Origin: Eledone cirrhosa
Taxonomy: Eukaryota
Assembly: GCA_964016885.1 (NCBI GenBank)
Contig: OZ024741.1
Span: 39,804,001 to 39,868,000, forward strand
DNA length: 64,000 bases
Direction: 5' to 3'
In this document: piece after piece, positions 30,235 to 45,161 of the stretch
Position numbering within the stretch: the stretch's first letter is position 1
Layout of the letters: every line of letters begins with the position of its first letter
Notes under the pieces: model-generated
The model's database searches: none
Told to the model about the DNA's origin: nothing
The model's input: only the letters and a program-made list of their open reading frames with translations
Translations under genes and position numbers: made by a program

Positions 30235-30823
30235 ATATAAAAGGATGAGAATAGTTGCTATGAGGGTGATGATGATGATGATTGTGGTGACAGTTGTGGT
30301 GATGGTGGTCGTCGCCGTCGAGGTGGAGGTGGTGGTGTTGGAGATGATGATGATGATGATGATGATGATGAGGAGGAGGAGGAGGAGGAGGAGGAGGAGG
30401 AGGAGGATGAGGCGTAGGAGGAGGGAGGAAGGAAGATGAGTGTGGGAGGTAGAGGGGGAAGAAGAGGTGGAGGAAGAAGGGGAGATAGAGGAGGAGGTAG
30501 AGGTGGAGGAAGGAGTGGAGGTAGAGGTGGAGGTAGAGGTGGAATAGAGGCTGAGTGGACGTGGATTAAAACATTCAAAATAGTCAAATGAAATATCTAG
30601 AGGAACTAATAACAAACAATACAAACACATACACAGCCATAATTAAAAACAAAACAAAGAGCTAATTACTGATGAGTTAAACACAGACATCTTTTCTAGG
30701 TTTTATTTTTCCAACATTCCAGAAAGTTCCAAAATGAAATATTTGCAATGAACAAAATTCTAAATAGGGTGATTTATGAAACAAAACAAAATGTATGTAT
30801 ATATATATAAATGTATATATATG

Positions 30824-30867
<44 letters not shown>

Positions 30868-30872
<5 letters not shown>

Positions 30873-31066
30873 AAAAGTATGACCCCGACGGCAGAGCTCA
30901 AGCCGTTTCGACGGCTATTTCTATTTGATTCCAGAAATAGCTGTCGAAACGGCTTGAGCTCTGCCGTCGGGGTCATACTTTTTCCTATTTCCCACTCTAC
31001 TACCCTAAGTATTGAGTACTCTTGTGCGTTATGGTCCATCTGGTTCCTTACCACATTTCCTTTGTT
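30868..31066 (+). mobile_element. (TA)n-inserted fold-back element, 'GACGGC' family
   Basis: Inverted arms ~30868-30922 and 30933-30985; GAAA-cggc(ttgagctct)gccg-TC; hairpin actc-tac..gta-tt-gagt at 30994-31017. Confidence 0.8.
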
Positions 31067-31151
31067 ATATATATATATATATACACATATATATATATAT
31101 ATATGTGTGTGTGTGTACATATATATATATATATATACATACATTTTTGTT

Positions 31152-31182
<31 letters not shown>

Positions 31183-31190
31183 ATTATCAG

Positions 31191-31231
<41 letters not shown>

Positions 31232-31368
31232 TATATATAGAGAGAGATTTGTGTGTGTGTGTGTACGTGTTTGTTTACACACGCATACATATACACATAT
31301 ATATATACACATATGTATATGCACACATATATATATATATATTCACACACGGAAATATGTATACGCGC

Positions 31369-31429
<61 letters not shown>

Positions 31430-32002
31430 TGTGTGTGTGTGTTTGTGTGTGTAACAAAATCACCAACGCTAACACCAGTATCACCCACACCACAACTACC
31501 ACTACCACCACTGACACCATCACTACCACCAATAACAACAACAACTAAAATAACAACAACAACAACAACAACATCAATTATCAAGAAACAGAATTTTTAA
31601 AAAAACAAGCAGGACAAAAATATTACACCGAAAATAAAATAAAAGATACAAAAACATTGCAAATAAATACATAAATATATGAAAAAATACATTTATTATA
31701 AAATAATAATGTATAAACACCAAAAAATGTCTTCGATTGCTTTTAGTGAAACAAATATCATTGTGGAGTTGATAATAATCTAAATAATAAATTCCAGTAT
31801 GGTAATTGTGTGTATTTGCCTGAAATCCCGCCTTCATATTAGAGTGGAAAAATACTTTACTAAGCCTCTCATTAAAACTTGACATCTTCACCATCTTTGT
31901 TTATGAATGGCATCATTTGTCGAAACATTCCTCTGTTAAATTATTCAATTATTTTCTTTCTTATGACTTGACAAGTTAGTAAGAATCATACTTCATCATA
32001 GC

Positions 32003-32340
32003 TCTACACTACACATTACTACACTACACACTACACTACACATTATGCTACACTACACACTACACTACACACTACATTACACATTATGCTACACTACACA
32101 CTACACTACACTACACTACACACTACACTACACACTGCACTACACTACATTACTACACTACACTACACACTACACATTACTACACTACATTACTACACTA
32201 CACACTACACTACACACTACACTACACATTATACTACACTACACACTCCACTATAATCTACTACACTACACATTACAACACTACACACTACATTACACCT
32301 TATGCTACACTTCACACTACACTACACACTATACTACACA
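32003..32340. repeat. (ACACT)n-type degenerate pentanucleotide repeat
   Basis: Read directly. Confidence 0.85.
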
Positions 32341-32466
32341 TGGCTCGGATGCTGCATGGCTCTTCCAGCGCATCTCCCTTACAATCCTCCGGAGAAACGC
32401 CTTCTTTATTCTGTCCACCGGGGCTGTGGGGCGACCAGCACGTGGGACCCCATTTGCTCACAATAC
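32341..32466 (+). mobile_element. 3' terminal fragment of a CRE-clade-like non-LTR retrotransposon (shorter copy at 45906-45978)
   Basis: Encodes GSDAAWLFQRISLTILRRNAFFILSTG, resembling the QRxSxxxQRGNA..IL C-terminus of CRE-type elements; abuts a microsatellite. Confidence 0.5.
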
Positions 32467-32847
32467 AGAGAGACGGGGAGGGCGTGAGAGATGGAGGCGA
32501 TGACAGTGGGAGTTCAGCTCTTCCGTGTTCGGACACATTGCACCTGTCATGTGGATCATTAAAGTGACATACAAAAGATAACTACTGTTGAACAACCAGC
32601 ATGACAAAATATACAAAAAAGTTGACCCTTTGAATTACAGATAAAATCCATCTAAAAGACTTCCACACAGTTTACGTCTACAGGATTTTACTCAAAAGGC
32701 TTGCGTCGACTTCGAGCTATGTTAAAGGGCCTTGTGCAAGAGACCGGGCAGTTGGATCGGACAGGGACCTCATAATTTCGTAGCAAATTCCTTAACCAAT
32801 TAACCATATTACATACACTGCACTATACACACAGCAACACAATAATC

Positions 32848-32907
<60 letters not shown>

Positions 32908-33082
32908 GCGCACCTGCATTTTCAACCAATCACTCACCACCACTGTGGATACTAATAATTCTTTCTCAACTAGTCCCAAGACCTATAATTCGGTGAAACA
33001 GGACAACTGATTATATCGAGAGGGCACTTAACTCTTGCTTATACATAAATACACACACACACACACACACATACATACATAC

Positions 33083-33160
<78 letters not shown>

Positions 33161-33515
33161 CGTGAGAGGGGGGTGAGAGAGAGAAAGTGGATAAAGAGAG
33201 GGGTAGAGAGAAAGAGAAAGAGAGAAAGAGATTAAATAACGTAATATTAATTGTTGTCCACCTGGAAACTACCATCCAACAGTCCAGTCGTCCAGCCGTG
33301 CAGCTGGCAAACAAACAACCCAACCAACCATAACAACCAGCACATCATCAAACCATCCAAGCAATCAACTAGTCAACCAGTCAACCAGCAATCTCTACTA
33401 TCCAACCAATCACCCAGCCAGACCAGCTCTCTAATATGTTTATACATTGGTGTAATGATGCGTCACAACAGGCGGTCACTGAAAAATTGGCTCTTGTCAA
33501 ATATATCGTCTCGCA

Positions 33516-34090
33516 TTAGCTTCATTGAGCATATAGTGACAGTGAGGTGATGGTGGTGATGGTGGTGGTGGTGGTGGTGGCAGTGGTGATGGTGGTGGTG
33601 GTGGTGGTTGTGGCTGTGGTGGTGGTGGTGGTGGTGGTGGTGGTGGTGATGGTGATGGTGGTGGTGGTTGTGGTGGTGGTGGTGATGGTGGTGGTGATGG
33701 TGGTGGTGGTGGTGGTGTTTAGCTTCATTGAGCATATAGTGACAGTGAGGTGATGGTGGTGATGGTGGTGGTGGTGGTGGTGGTGGTGGTGGTGGTGGTG
33801 GTTGTGGCTGTGGTGGTGGTGGTGGTGGTGGTGTTTAGCTTCATTGAGCATATAGTGACAGTGAGGTGATGGTGGTGATGGTGGTGGTGGTGGTGGTGGT
33901 GGCAGTGGTGATGGTGGTGGTGGTGGTGGTTGTGGCTGTGGTGGTGGTGGTGGTGGTGTTTAGCTTCATTGAGCATATAGTGACAGTGAAGGTGATGGTG
34001 GTGATGGTGGTGGCAGTGGTGGCAGTGGTGGTGGTGGTGGTGGTGGTGGTGTTTAGCTTCATTGAGCATATAGTGACAATGAAGGTGATG
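33516..34090. repeat. Composite minisatellite: ~30-bp constant unit (ttagcttcattgagcatatagtgacagtga) x5, separated by variable (GGT)n
   Basis: Constant units at ~33516, 33719, 33834, 33960 and 34053. Confidence 0.85.
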
Positions 34091-34783
34091 GTGGTGATGG
34101 TGGTATTGGTGGTATTGGTGGTGACGTTGGTGGTGGTGGTAATGGTGATGGTAGTGGTGGTGGTTTTGGTAGTGATGGTGATGGTATTGGTACTCATAAA
34201 GGTGGTGGTATTGATGATTGAGGTGGTAGTGGTGTTAATGATGGTATTAGTGGTGATAGTAGTCGTGGTGGTAATGGACTTAGTCGTGGTAGTGTTGTTG
34301 GTGGTATTGATAGTTGAGGGGTGGTAGTGGCAGTGATTTTATTGCTGGTTGTATTGGTGGTGGTGGTGGTGGTGGTGGTGGTGTATGTAGTGATGGTAGC
34401 TCTGTGTGGTGTATGTGACGCTGCTGTTGTGGTCAATTGGTGGTGATTGTGGTGTTTATTGTAGTGACCAGTTGTATGGTTGAGTGGTACTGTGGTACGG
34501 TGGTATGGTGTGGGAGGAGTTGGATGGTTGTTAGGTGACTGTTGTGGTAGCGTACACCTTGGTTCAAATAGGATAACAATGAAAGATTTTGTCCTCGTTT
34601 GTTGGAGGAAATAAGCTGGTCAGAACCCTTGCATGTTTAAACTAAATATATCTACATATACACACACACATACACACAAATATATATGTGTGTGTATGTG
34701 CATATATATATATACATATATATATGTATGTTCAAAGTCAACGTCAACAAGGAGAGCAATAGGGTACCATGGTGTATAGGTGC

Positions 34784-34853
<70 letters not shown>

Positions 34854-34928
34854 GTATATATATATAAATTGGAATAGAATGAAACGAAATTTCATTTTTC
34901 ACTCTTAGTACGGCACTTATATATATAT

Positions 34929-35052
<124 letters not shown>

Positions 35053-35093
35053 AACGACTGGTTGAAAATGCAAGTGCGTGTGTGTGCGTGCGC

Positions 35094-35157
<64 letters not shown>

Positions 35158-35378
35158 GTGTGTGTGTGTGTTTGCGTGTGTGTGTGTGTGTGTGATTATT
35201 GTGTTGCTGTGTGTATAGTGCAGTGTATGTTGTGGTAAGGAACATAACGCGTTATGTTCCACATGGAACATAACGCACCAGATTACTCAATACTAGGGTT
35301 GTAGTGTGGGTAATAGGAAAATGTACGACCCCGACGGCAGAGCTCAAGCCGTTTTGACTGCTATTTCTGAGTGCAGAA

Positions 35379-35458
<80 letters not shown>

Positions 35459-35514
35459 AGAAGATCCCGTTAAGGGTGAAAGCAGCGATTCTTTGCTTAA
35501 ACTTTAATCTGTTA

Positions 35515-35603
<89 letters not shown>

Positions 35604-35992
35604 GTTCAGACACACTATTACACATATCCTATATCCTACATTTCTATGCTTGTGTAACAGTTATGTGACGAGAGTGGAAAGTCTTGTAATGATATGGATC
35701 TCCGTCGTTGTAGAGGATGAATCTTCCAGTTGTCGTTAAACCGATAAATATACAACTCACTCTTGCCAGATGAGTGGACTAGAGCAACGTGAAATGATGA
35801 CTTGTTCAAGGACAGAGCACGCTGCTGGTAATCAAGCATCTATATACATATATATATAAAATCATATCTGGAATCATATGATTCCAGTTCCTCAGTGAAA
35901 TAACAACCTAACCAACAACTGGGCATATCAGAGTATTGACAATATTATACACCTCAACAACATATGTACTTGTCTATACCACACTAATTCAA

Positions 35993-36047
35993 ACTGCCTG
36001 AAGAGGTCACAGCCAAAGATGGCTGTCACTGAAATATATATAGCAGT
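35993..36047 (+). ncRNA. Type I hammerhead motif
   Basis: actgc-CTGAAGA-ggtcacagcca(aaga)tggctgtcact-GAAA-tatata-TA-gcagt, followed immediately by AATAAA. Confidence 0.85.
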
Positions 36048-36264
36048 AATAAACGAAGCTAAATTTTAAACATTTGACTTTTTATTTAACTTTATTTTAC
36101 ATTACTCCGGAGTAACCAAACCAACCTGCGCACTTCGTCGAGTGCTCCAGCCTGCATACTGAGATGTTGGTATACAACCAACATATACTCAAAATCTACA
36201 CATATATATATATATTATTCAAAATATTAACAAATGAAAAATATTCTCATAATCAAAATATATA

Positions 36265-36326
36265 CTTTATTATATATATTTCAAAGGTACTGCGTTGTTT
36301 TTTCAGTACGTCCTCATCAGACAAAA
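36265..36326 (-). ncRNA. Type I hammerhead motif (inverted partner of 36813-36874)
   Basis: Reverse complement of the motif at 36813. Confidence 0.75.
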
Positions 36327-36613
36327 TATATGATGTGATATATGACATACCGCTACGGTCTTGATTATTCAATTCCAGTATATATATATATATATGTATG
36401 TATGTATACGTTTGTTTACAAACAAACAAGCCGAGGATTATAATAAATGTTCGGTAAACCGATACGTGCATATATATATGTGTGTGCATGTATGTATATA
36501 TATACATACTACTGTACGTCTGTATACATATATGTATGTACGTATATATACATACATACTTACATTTAAGTAAATGCCGTACTAAGAATGAGAAATTAAA
36601 TTTCGTTTCATTC

Positions 36614-36734
<121 letters not shown>

Positions 36735-36812
36735 TATATATATATATATAGATATATATACTGGAATTGAATAATCAACACCGTAGCGGTATGTCATATA
36801 TCAAATCATATA

Positions 36813-36874
36813 TTTTGTCTGATGAGGACGTACTGAAAAAACAACGCAGTACCTTTGAAATATATATAATAAAG
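36813..36874 (+). ncRNA. Type I hammerhead motif
   Basis: ttttgt-CTGATGA-ggacgtactg(aaaaaacaacg)cagtaccttt-GAAA-tatata-TA-ataaag. Confidence 0.75.
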
Positions 36875-36918
36875 TATATATTTTGATTATGAGATATTTT
36901 TCATTTGTTAATATTTTG

Positions 36919-37120
<202 letters not shown>

Positions 37121-37469
37121 CGTTTCAGAATTTGTTTAGCAAGATTCTTTATCTGAAAACGTGTGTTGAAACCGATATTGGCAACATGACCCTCCCAAAG
37201 TATGACAATATATATATATATATATGTATATAGATGCTTGATTACCAGCAGCGTGCTCTGTCCTTGAACAAGTCATCATTTCACGTTGCTCTAGTCCACT
37301 CAGCTGGCAAGAGTGAGTTGTATATTTATTGGTTTAACGACAACTGGAAGATTCATCCTCTACAACGACGGAGATCCCTATCATTACAAGACTTTCCACT
37401 CTCGTCACATAACTGTTACACAAGCATAGAAATGTAGGATTTAGGATATGTGTAATAGTGTGTATGAAC

Positions 37470-37501
<32 letters not shown>

Positions 37502-37592
37502 CTCCATATATATAGGTATATAAATCTCCCCGTAAATATATATATATATACCTCAGCACAAACACACACATACACATATATATGCGTGTGTG

Positions 37593-37647
<55 letters not shown>

Positions 37648-37773
37648 TTATATATGTAACTGTGTGAACATCTACATACATATATGTCCACATATATAGG
37701 TATATAAATCCCTTTGCAAATAAATACATAGCACCACACACACACATACACACGCACACACACATATATATAC

Positions 37774-37885
<112 letters not shown>

Positions 37886-38454
37886 AATGTGTGTTTGTGT
37901 GTGTATGTGTATGATATTCTCTGTTATATTTATGTATGTGAATCCATACGAAAGTTTACATTAAGACAGTCATGTCGTCTCTCTCTCTATTCAGAAGTGG
38001 TGTATTACCTTAACTGGTTCGCGTCTGACAGGTGTCTCTAAGTGTATCTTTCAGGCTGGACACTGGTGACCGGTCTCCTGTTTAAACGTTCTCCTCCCAT
38101 TCAATGCTTACCTGCTCAGCCTTAGTAAATACACACCTTGACAAGAATGTTTAATATATACAAAACTTGTTGCCGTATGCATAAACACACACACACGTAC
38201 TTACATACATAGGTACAGAGATGTATCTGTTTAGACATACGTACGTACATACTTGTATACATACATATATATGTATATATGTATATATGTATATATGTAT
38301 GTGAAAAAAGAAATTACACACGCACAAACACGTACATACGAAGGGACACTCGGAAATACACGTACAGACACATACATATATGTCTATGTGTGTGTGTAAA
38401 TTTATTTATATATATGTATGTATGCGTATACACACACACAAACACAAACACACT

Positions 38455-38534
<80 letters not shown>

Positions 38535-38563
38535 TAGTTGTATATAAATTGAAACATATATAT

Positions 38564-38608
<45 letters not shown>

Positions 38609-38622
38609 TATATATATAGAGA

Positions 38623-38822
38623 AAAAGAGTCAGAACCCTGACGGTTGAACTCCGGCCGTTTCGACAGCTAGACCCGCACAGTTCGGATCTAGCTGTCCAA
38701 ACGGCCGGAGCTCAGCCGTCAGGGTCCTGACTCTTTTCCTATTACCCATTCTACTACCCTAGTATCGAGTACTCTGGTGCGTTATGGTCCACCTAGTATC
38801 TTACCATACTTTCTTTGTTTTA
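38623..38822 (+). mobile_element. (TA)n-inserted fold-back element, 'GACGGC' family
   Basis: Arms centred on gacagctaga-cccgcacagttcgga-tctagctgtc; downstream hairpin at 38748-38770. Confidence 0.75.
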
Positions 38823-38829
38823 TATATAT

Positions 38830-39040
38830 ATATTACCCGTGTAGGTAACACGGTAAAAACCTCCCAGTTCCACACTATAAATGTTGTTGGTGTTAGGAAG
38901 GGCATCCAACTGTAGAAAACCCGCCAGACAGTCCTATGCGAGCAAGACAACCACTCTTGCCTCAAGTGGGAAAACTCCCGTCCAAACCCATGCAAGCGTG
39001 GAATATGGACGTTAAACGATGATGATGATGATGATGATGA

Positions 39041-39045
<5 letters not shown>
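38830..39045 (+). mobile_element. SINE/RTE-related 3' tail ending in (GAT)n
   Basis: ggtgttaggaagggcatcc...cccatgcaagcgtggaatatggacgttaaacgatgatg; the tail resembles that at 14415-14460. Confidence 0.55.
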
Positions 39046-39086
<41 letters not shown>

Positions 39087-39142
39087 TATATAATATTAAT
39101 TCAAAATATTAATAAATATAGACATTCATGTGATCAAATATA

Positions 39143-39204
39143 TTTTGTTATATATATTTCAGAGGTACTGTGCTGTTTCCTCAGTACGTCCTCACCAGAT
39201 AAAA
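39143..39204 (-). ncRNA. Hammerhead motif with a core mutation (CTGGTGA)
   Basis: Reverse complement: ttttat-CTGGTGA-ggacgtactg..cagtacctct-GAAA-tatata-TA-acaaaa. A partial inverted copy starts at ~39291. Confidence 0.65.
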
Positions 39205-39481
39205 TAAATTGATGTCTGACATACCTCAACTGTGCTGATGGTTCAATTCCAGTCTTGCCAAGACTGGAATTGAACCATCAGCACAGTACAGGACGTACTG
39301 AGGAAACAGCACAGTACCTCTGAAATATATATAATAAAATATATTTGATCACATGAATGTCTATATTTATTAATATTTTGAATTAATATTAATAACTCCA
39401 GAAAACTTACTTGTTGAGTGCTTCTAATCTATTGTAAAACTATATTAATTGATTAATCAATGAACCTTGTTTAACTTTTGG

Positions 39482-39530
<49 letters not shown>

Positions 39531-39531
<1 letters not shown>

Positions 39532-40414
39532 TTTTTATCATCGTAGTGGACTATTGTATGCGCCTTGCACTGGAGAAACACCAGGACTCTGGCTTTACTG
39601 TAGCACCGGCTCAGAGCAGGAGAGTTGGGGCGAAAAAGGTATCGGATGCTGAATTTGCCGATGACATAGTTTTTGGTGACAAATACAGTGAAGGAGGCAG
39701 AGGATTTGATGCGGGAGGTTGAGACTGTGTCGATGAGTGTGGGGCTGAGAATGAATGAGACTAAAACAAAATATCTGGTAGAGAATGTTGAGAAGCCAGA
39801 GGGGATCACTTAATGTAGGCGGGAAGCCGCTGGAATTGGTTGAGGACTTCCTGTATTTGGGAGCAAAGATTGGGAATACGGAAGATGATGTGGTTGAGAG
39901 GAAGAGCAAGGCCTGGGCGGCGTGTCACAGCTTGAGATCGGTGTGGAAGTCGGACCTTAGTAGAGACCTGAAAATCCGCCTCTTCATTGCTGTAGTGGAG
40001 TCTGTGCTGCTGTATGGGTCTGTGGCTTGGACACTGACCAAGAGACTCACTCAGATGGTGGATGGGTGCTACACGAGAATGCTGAGGATGGCTCTGAACA
40101 TTAATCAGTATACACTGAGGATGAAAAACTCAGAGCTGTATGGGAGCATCCCAAAAGTCAGCTCAAAAGTGACACAGAGGAGACTGAGGTTGGCTGGACA
40201 TGCTCACCGACATCCAGAGTTGACATTGCACTCAGTGCTCCTTTGGGAGCCCCTACATGGACACACTAGAAGAGGAAGACCAAGGTTAACATATGTTGAT
40301 GCCCTAAGGACAGACACTGGTCTGTTGGAGATGCAGGATATGGCAGCGATAATGAGGGACAGAGACCGCTGGAGAGAACTCGTCCATGGATCTCGGGAAT
40401 TTTACCCGCCTTAG
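39531..40414 (+). mobile_element. 5'-truncated RTE/RTEX-like LINE: C-terminal reverse transcriptase region with two frameshifts
   Basis: LFIIVVDYCMR..SDAEFADDI (RT catalytic motif), GLRMNETKTKY, VEDFLYLG, VESVLLYGSVAWTL, RRLRLAGH and RRGRPRLTY. Frameshifts near 39670 and 39810; (TA)n on both sides. Confidence 0.9.
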
Positions 40415-40670
40415 ATATATATATATATATATATAGACATGTTTATCCCCAAGTGTGTATAATTGTGTAGTCGAATATTTAGCGCAGCGGTGTAATTAAT
40501 CCCTGATTCTAGCAATACGTATTGGTATATCAACTGTCACTATGAGTCTCTGCGTGTTTATATGTATGTTTGAGTGTGTTTACGCTTGTATGTTTTACTG
40601 TGTGCGCAAATGTGTGTGTGTGTTCGTGTGTATTTATGTATGTTTGTATATACATGTGTATGAATGAATT

Positions 40671-40705
<35 letters not shown>

Positions 40706-40840
40706 TTGTGCGCAGACCTGCCAAGCTCTAAAAATACAAACGGGGAGTACCATGATAACAAGTGCCCCGAAACGGGGAGAAATGAGGCAAAATAGGCGAT
40801 TTTATATAATGAAAGCTATAGCAATTTTCACAAAAGAAGA

Positions 40841-40955
40841 CATCTCTCACCCATCTCTCACCCATCTCTCACCCATCTCTCGCCCATCTCTCACCCACCT
40901 CTCACCCATCACTCACCCATCTCTCACCCATCTCTCACCCATCTCTCACCCATTC
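40841..40955. repeat. 11-bp tandem repeat (CCCATCTCTCA)n
   Basis: About 10 units read directly. Confidence 0.85.
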
Positions 40956-41064
40956 TAAAGTGAATTTTTGTATATTAGTATATATACATATTAAAAATTA
41001 GAAGAGACCTTTTCTTCTGTTGCGCCAAATATTAATTTGTGTGTTAAATATTAATTTAACACAC

Positions 41065-42332
41065 ACACAAACACAGACGTCTGTTCACTGACACATACAC
41101 AGACGTCTGTTCACTCACACACAAACATGACGTCTGTTCACTGACAGACAAACACAGACGTCTGTTCACTCACACACAAACACAGACGTCTGTTCACTCA
41201 CACACAAACACAGACGTCTGTTCACTCACACACAAACACAGACGTCTGTTCGCTCACACACAAACACAGACATCTGCTCACTCACACACAAACACAGACG
41301 TCTGTTCACTCACTCACAAACACAGACGTCTGTTCACTGACACACACAAACACAGACGTCTGTTCACTCACACACAAACACAGACGTCTGTTCACTCACA
41401 CACAAACACAGCCGTCTGTTTACTCACACACAAATACAGACGTCTGTTCACTCACACACAAACACAGACGTCTGTTAACTCACACACAAACACAGACGTC
41501 TGTTCACTCACACACAAACACAGACGTCTGTTCACTCACGCACAAACACACAGACGTCTGTTCACTCACACACAAAACAGACGTCTGTTCACTCACACAC
41601 ATACACACAGACGTCTGTTCACTCACACACAAACACAGACGTCTGTTCACTCACACACAAACACACAGACGTCTGTTCACTCACACACAAACACAGACGT
41701 CTGTTCACTCACACACAAACACAGACGTCTGTTCACTCACACACAAACACAGACGTCTGTTCACTCACACACAAACACAGACGTCTGTTCACTCACACAC
41801 AAACACAGACGTCTCTTCACTCACATACAAACACACAGACGTTTGTTTACTCACACACAAATACAGACGTCTGTTCACTCACAAACAAACACAGACGTCT
41901 GTTAACTCACACACAAACACAGACGTCTGTTCACTCACACACAAACACAGACGTCTGTTCACTCACACACAAACACAGACGTCTGTTCACTCACACACAA
42001 ACACAGACGTCTGTTCACTCACACACAAACAGACGTCTGTTCACTCATACACAAACACAGACGTCTGTTCACTCACACACAAACACAGACGTCTGTTCAC
42101 TCACACACAAACACACAGACGTCTGTTCACTCACACACAAACACAGACGTCTGTTCACTCACACACAAACACAGACGTCTGTTCACTCACACACAAACAC
42201 AGACGTCTGTTCACTCACACACAAACACAGATGTCTGTTCACTCACACACAAACACAGACGTCTGTTCACTCACACACAAACACAGACGTCTGTTCACTC
42301 ACACACAAACACAGATGTCTGTTCACTCACAT
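41065..42332. repeat. 28-bp minisatellite (CACAGACGTCTGTTCACTCACACACAAA), ~45 units
   Basis: Period 28, varying by +/-2 through CA slippage. Each unit has the 12-bp palindrome ACAGACGTCTGT. Confidence 0.95.
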
Positions 42333-42444
42333 ACTCAGTTTCACACCGTAATCACTTAAACTCAAAACGAATAAGTTTATCCATAGATTATTGAAAATGA
42401 CGAGTGTCATGCACACCTATACTCATATACAGCAACATGTAACA

Positions 42445-42475
<31 letters not shown>

Positions 42476-42553
42476 GAGCAACATCTCATATATCACATAC
42501 TGCACACACACACACACACACATACACACACACAGCAACATCTCATATATCAC

Positions 42554-42614
<61 letters not shown>

Positions 42615-43554
42615 CAACATCTCATATATCACATACTGTACACGCACACGCACATACATATACATATATATACACACACATACATATATAAACATCGATG
42701 TACGCGTTTGTGTTGAGTTTTCAACGCTTTACATTCACTAAACCTAACAAAGCATTTGTAGAATACACTTGCCTAAGTTTTCTCGAAACCGTGTTATGTC
42801 AAAGTGAACCCCTTACATACGCTACCACGTCTGTGCCTGAGGTTTGTATTACTGTTACTGCCTTTTACTGTTTAGTCAGAGATGAGCAGTCCCCATGATA
42901 TTTAAAGGGCTGCAGAGATTGATGAGAAGGATGCTGGTAGGTTACTCCAAACTGGAAACTTTAGAACAGATTAGAATTCTCTAAAGGCAACCATGAAGTA
43001 AGTTGGTGAGTTAAATCGGTTGACTGATCAAGTGTGCCACCCAAATAAACCACAGACCACAGTGGAGTTTGGAATTAAAGCCCAAAAGAGCTTGAACAAA
43101 TATCGCCACACATCTCCTTCACCGCTCTAGTGTTTTCCCCAATCCACCTCCCTCTATGCTACGTTATCAACCACAAAATGCCTGTCCTCGCTTTCTGCTC
43201 TCTGATTACAAAACCCTCGGCGGGTTTTGTAATCAGAGGGCAGAAAAAGGGGACAGGCATTTTGTCATACTACCTAACAACTCTACTAATTCGCCATATT
43301 TACTGCTGAAGCAGTTGTGAGCCTGCAGTTGTTCATGTCGTGCTTGCTGGAAGTAATGTTATTAACACTGTTTTTAAACATAACCGGGTATATTATGTTT
43401 AACTTAACCATTCTGGATGCCGCGGCCACAGCATCTGTATTTAACAACTCTACATGAAAACTAAAGGATAACAAAATGCATTCGAAATATAAACATAAAA
43501 TATATACATGCTAGCACATTCTCCAATATTTTATATTTAATTCATTTATCACAA

Positions 43555-43634
<80 letters not shown>

Positions 43635-43680
43635 AATATTTATTGTACTGCCTCTCTGTTCTGTCCCTGTTCAATTTTTC

Positions 43681-43717
<37 letters not shown>

Positions 43718-43908
43718 CACAAAGACGGTGTGGTAAGATACCAGATGGACCACAACGCATCAGAGTACTCGATACTTAGGGTAGTAGAGTGGGTAATAGA
43801 AAAGGAGTCAGGAACCCGGTGGCTGAGCGACGGCAAAACTGCTGGCTTAGTTCGGATCTAGCTGACGAAACGGTCGGAGCTCAGCCGTCGGGGTCCTGAC
43901 TCTTTTCC

Positions 43909-43955
<47 letters not shown>

Positions 43956-44035
43956 ATGTGTGTGAGTGTGTGTGCGTGTATGTGTGTGAGTGTGTGTGCG
44001 TGTATGTGTGTGAGTGTGTGCGTGTGTGTGTGTGT

Positions 44036-44090
44036 ATCAAACTCGGGCATGCAAAAACACAGTCGTATTAGGTTCACGCTGAGAGGAAGT

Positions 44091-44151
<61 letters not shown>

Positions 44152-44270
44152 TATATATTTGTGTGTGTGTGTGTGTGTATGTGTGTGCGCGCGTGTGTGC
44201 GTGTGTATGTATCAAACCCAGGCATGCAAAAACGCTGTCGTATTAGGCTCACGCTGACAGGAAGTTGATA
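44036..44270 (-). repeat. Two tandem copies of a ~60-bp dispersed 3'-end fragment (also 45043-45100; related at 7612-7695 and 8826-8860)
   Basis: Shared agcgtgaacctaatac core, always next to TA/CA tracts. Confidence 0.65.
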
Positions 44271-44612
44271 TATATATATATATATATACATATATATATT
44301 TGTGTGTGTGTGTGTGTGTGTGTGTGTCTGTATATGTATATCTGTATATGTATATATATATATATACGTAGTGTTCAAACAATACTTGTTGTAAACGAAT
44401 GAGGAAGGAGGTTTTCAAGGCATGTTAGATTTAAACTAACTTTTCTTATTCACCTCTCCAGCTAACAGTCTCATCCCCTAAAAGTCTCATCCCCTAAAAG
44501 TCTCATCACACCAAAAAACACACTCAGATTAGTCTTTAGAGGAAACAAATCAGAATTATGCTTGTAACTTTCATAAATGTAATGAATAGTATATTTATAT
44601 CTATCTACCTAC

Positions 44613-44747
<135 letters not shown>

Positions 44748-44774
44748 ATCAAAAGATGGTTAAAAGATTCCATG

Positions 44775-44845
44775 TATTTTATTATGCGCATTTTAAAAAC
44801 AAATATCATCATGGGATGATATTTGCGTTCTCATCAGATACAATA
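44775..44845 (-). ncRNA. Hammerhead motif with G12 mutated
   Basis: Reverse complement: tattgtat-CTGATGA-gaacgcaaatatcatc(ccat)gatgatatttgttttt-AAAA-tgcgca-TA-ataaaata; palindromic stem III. Confidence 0.7.
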
Positions 44846-45130
44846 GGGAGACATGATATGAAGCTCAAAAAACACTTGCGAGCAGTGAAGTGTTAAATCA
44901 ACATATATTATTAAATCAACGTATATTATTTATACTCCAGTTCTATAAACTGTTGAGTGCTACTTATCCGATATTTGCATTGCTTAATTGTGCTACAATA
45001 AACCTCACCTCCTACATTATATATATATATATATATATATATATCCACTTCCTCTCAGCGTGAACCTAATACGACTGTGTTTTTGCAGGCCCGAGTTTGA
45101 TATACATATACACCCCCTACACACACACAC

Positions 45131-45161
<31 letters not shown>

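Noticed and set aside
33516-34090. CRISPR-like constant repeat with variable spacers
   Set aside because: The spacers are related (GGT)n tracts, the context is eukaryotic and there are no cas genes.
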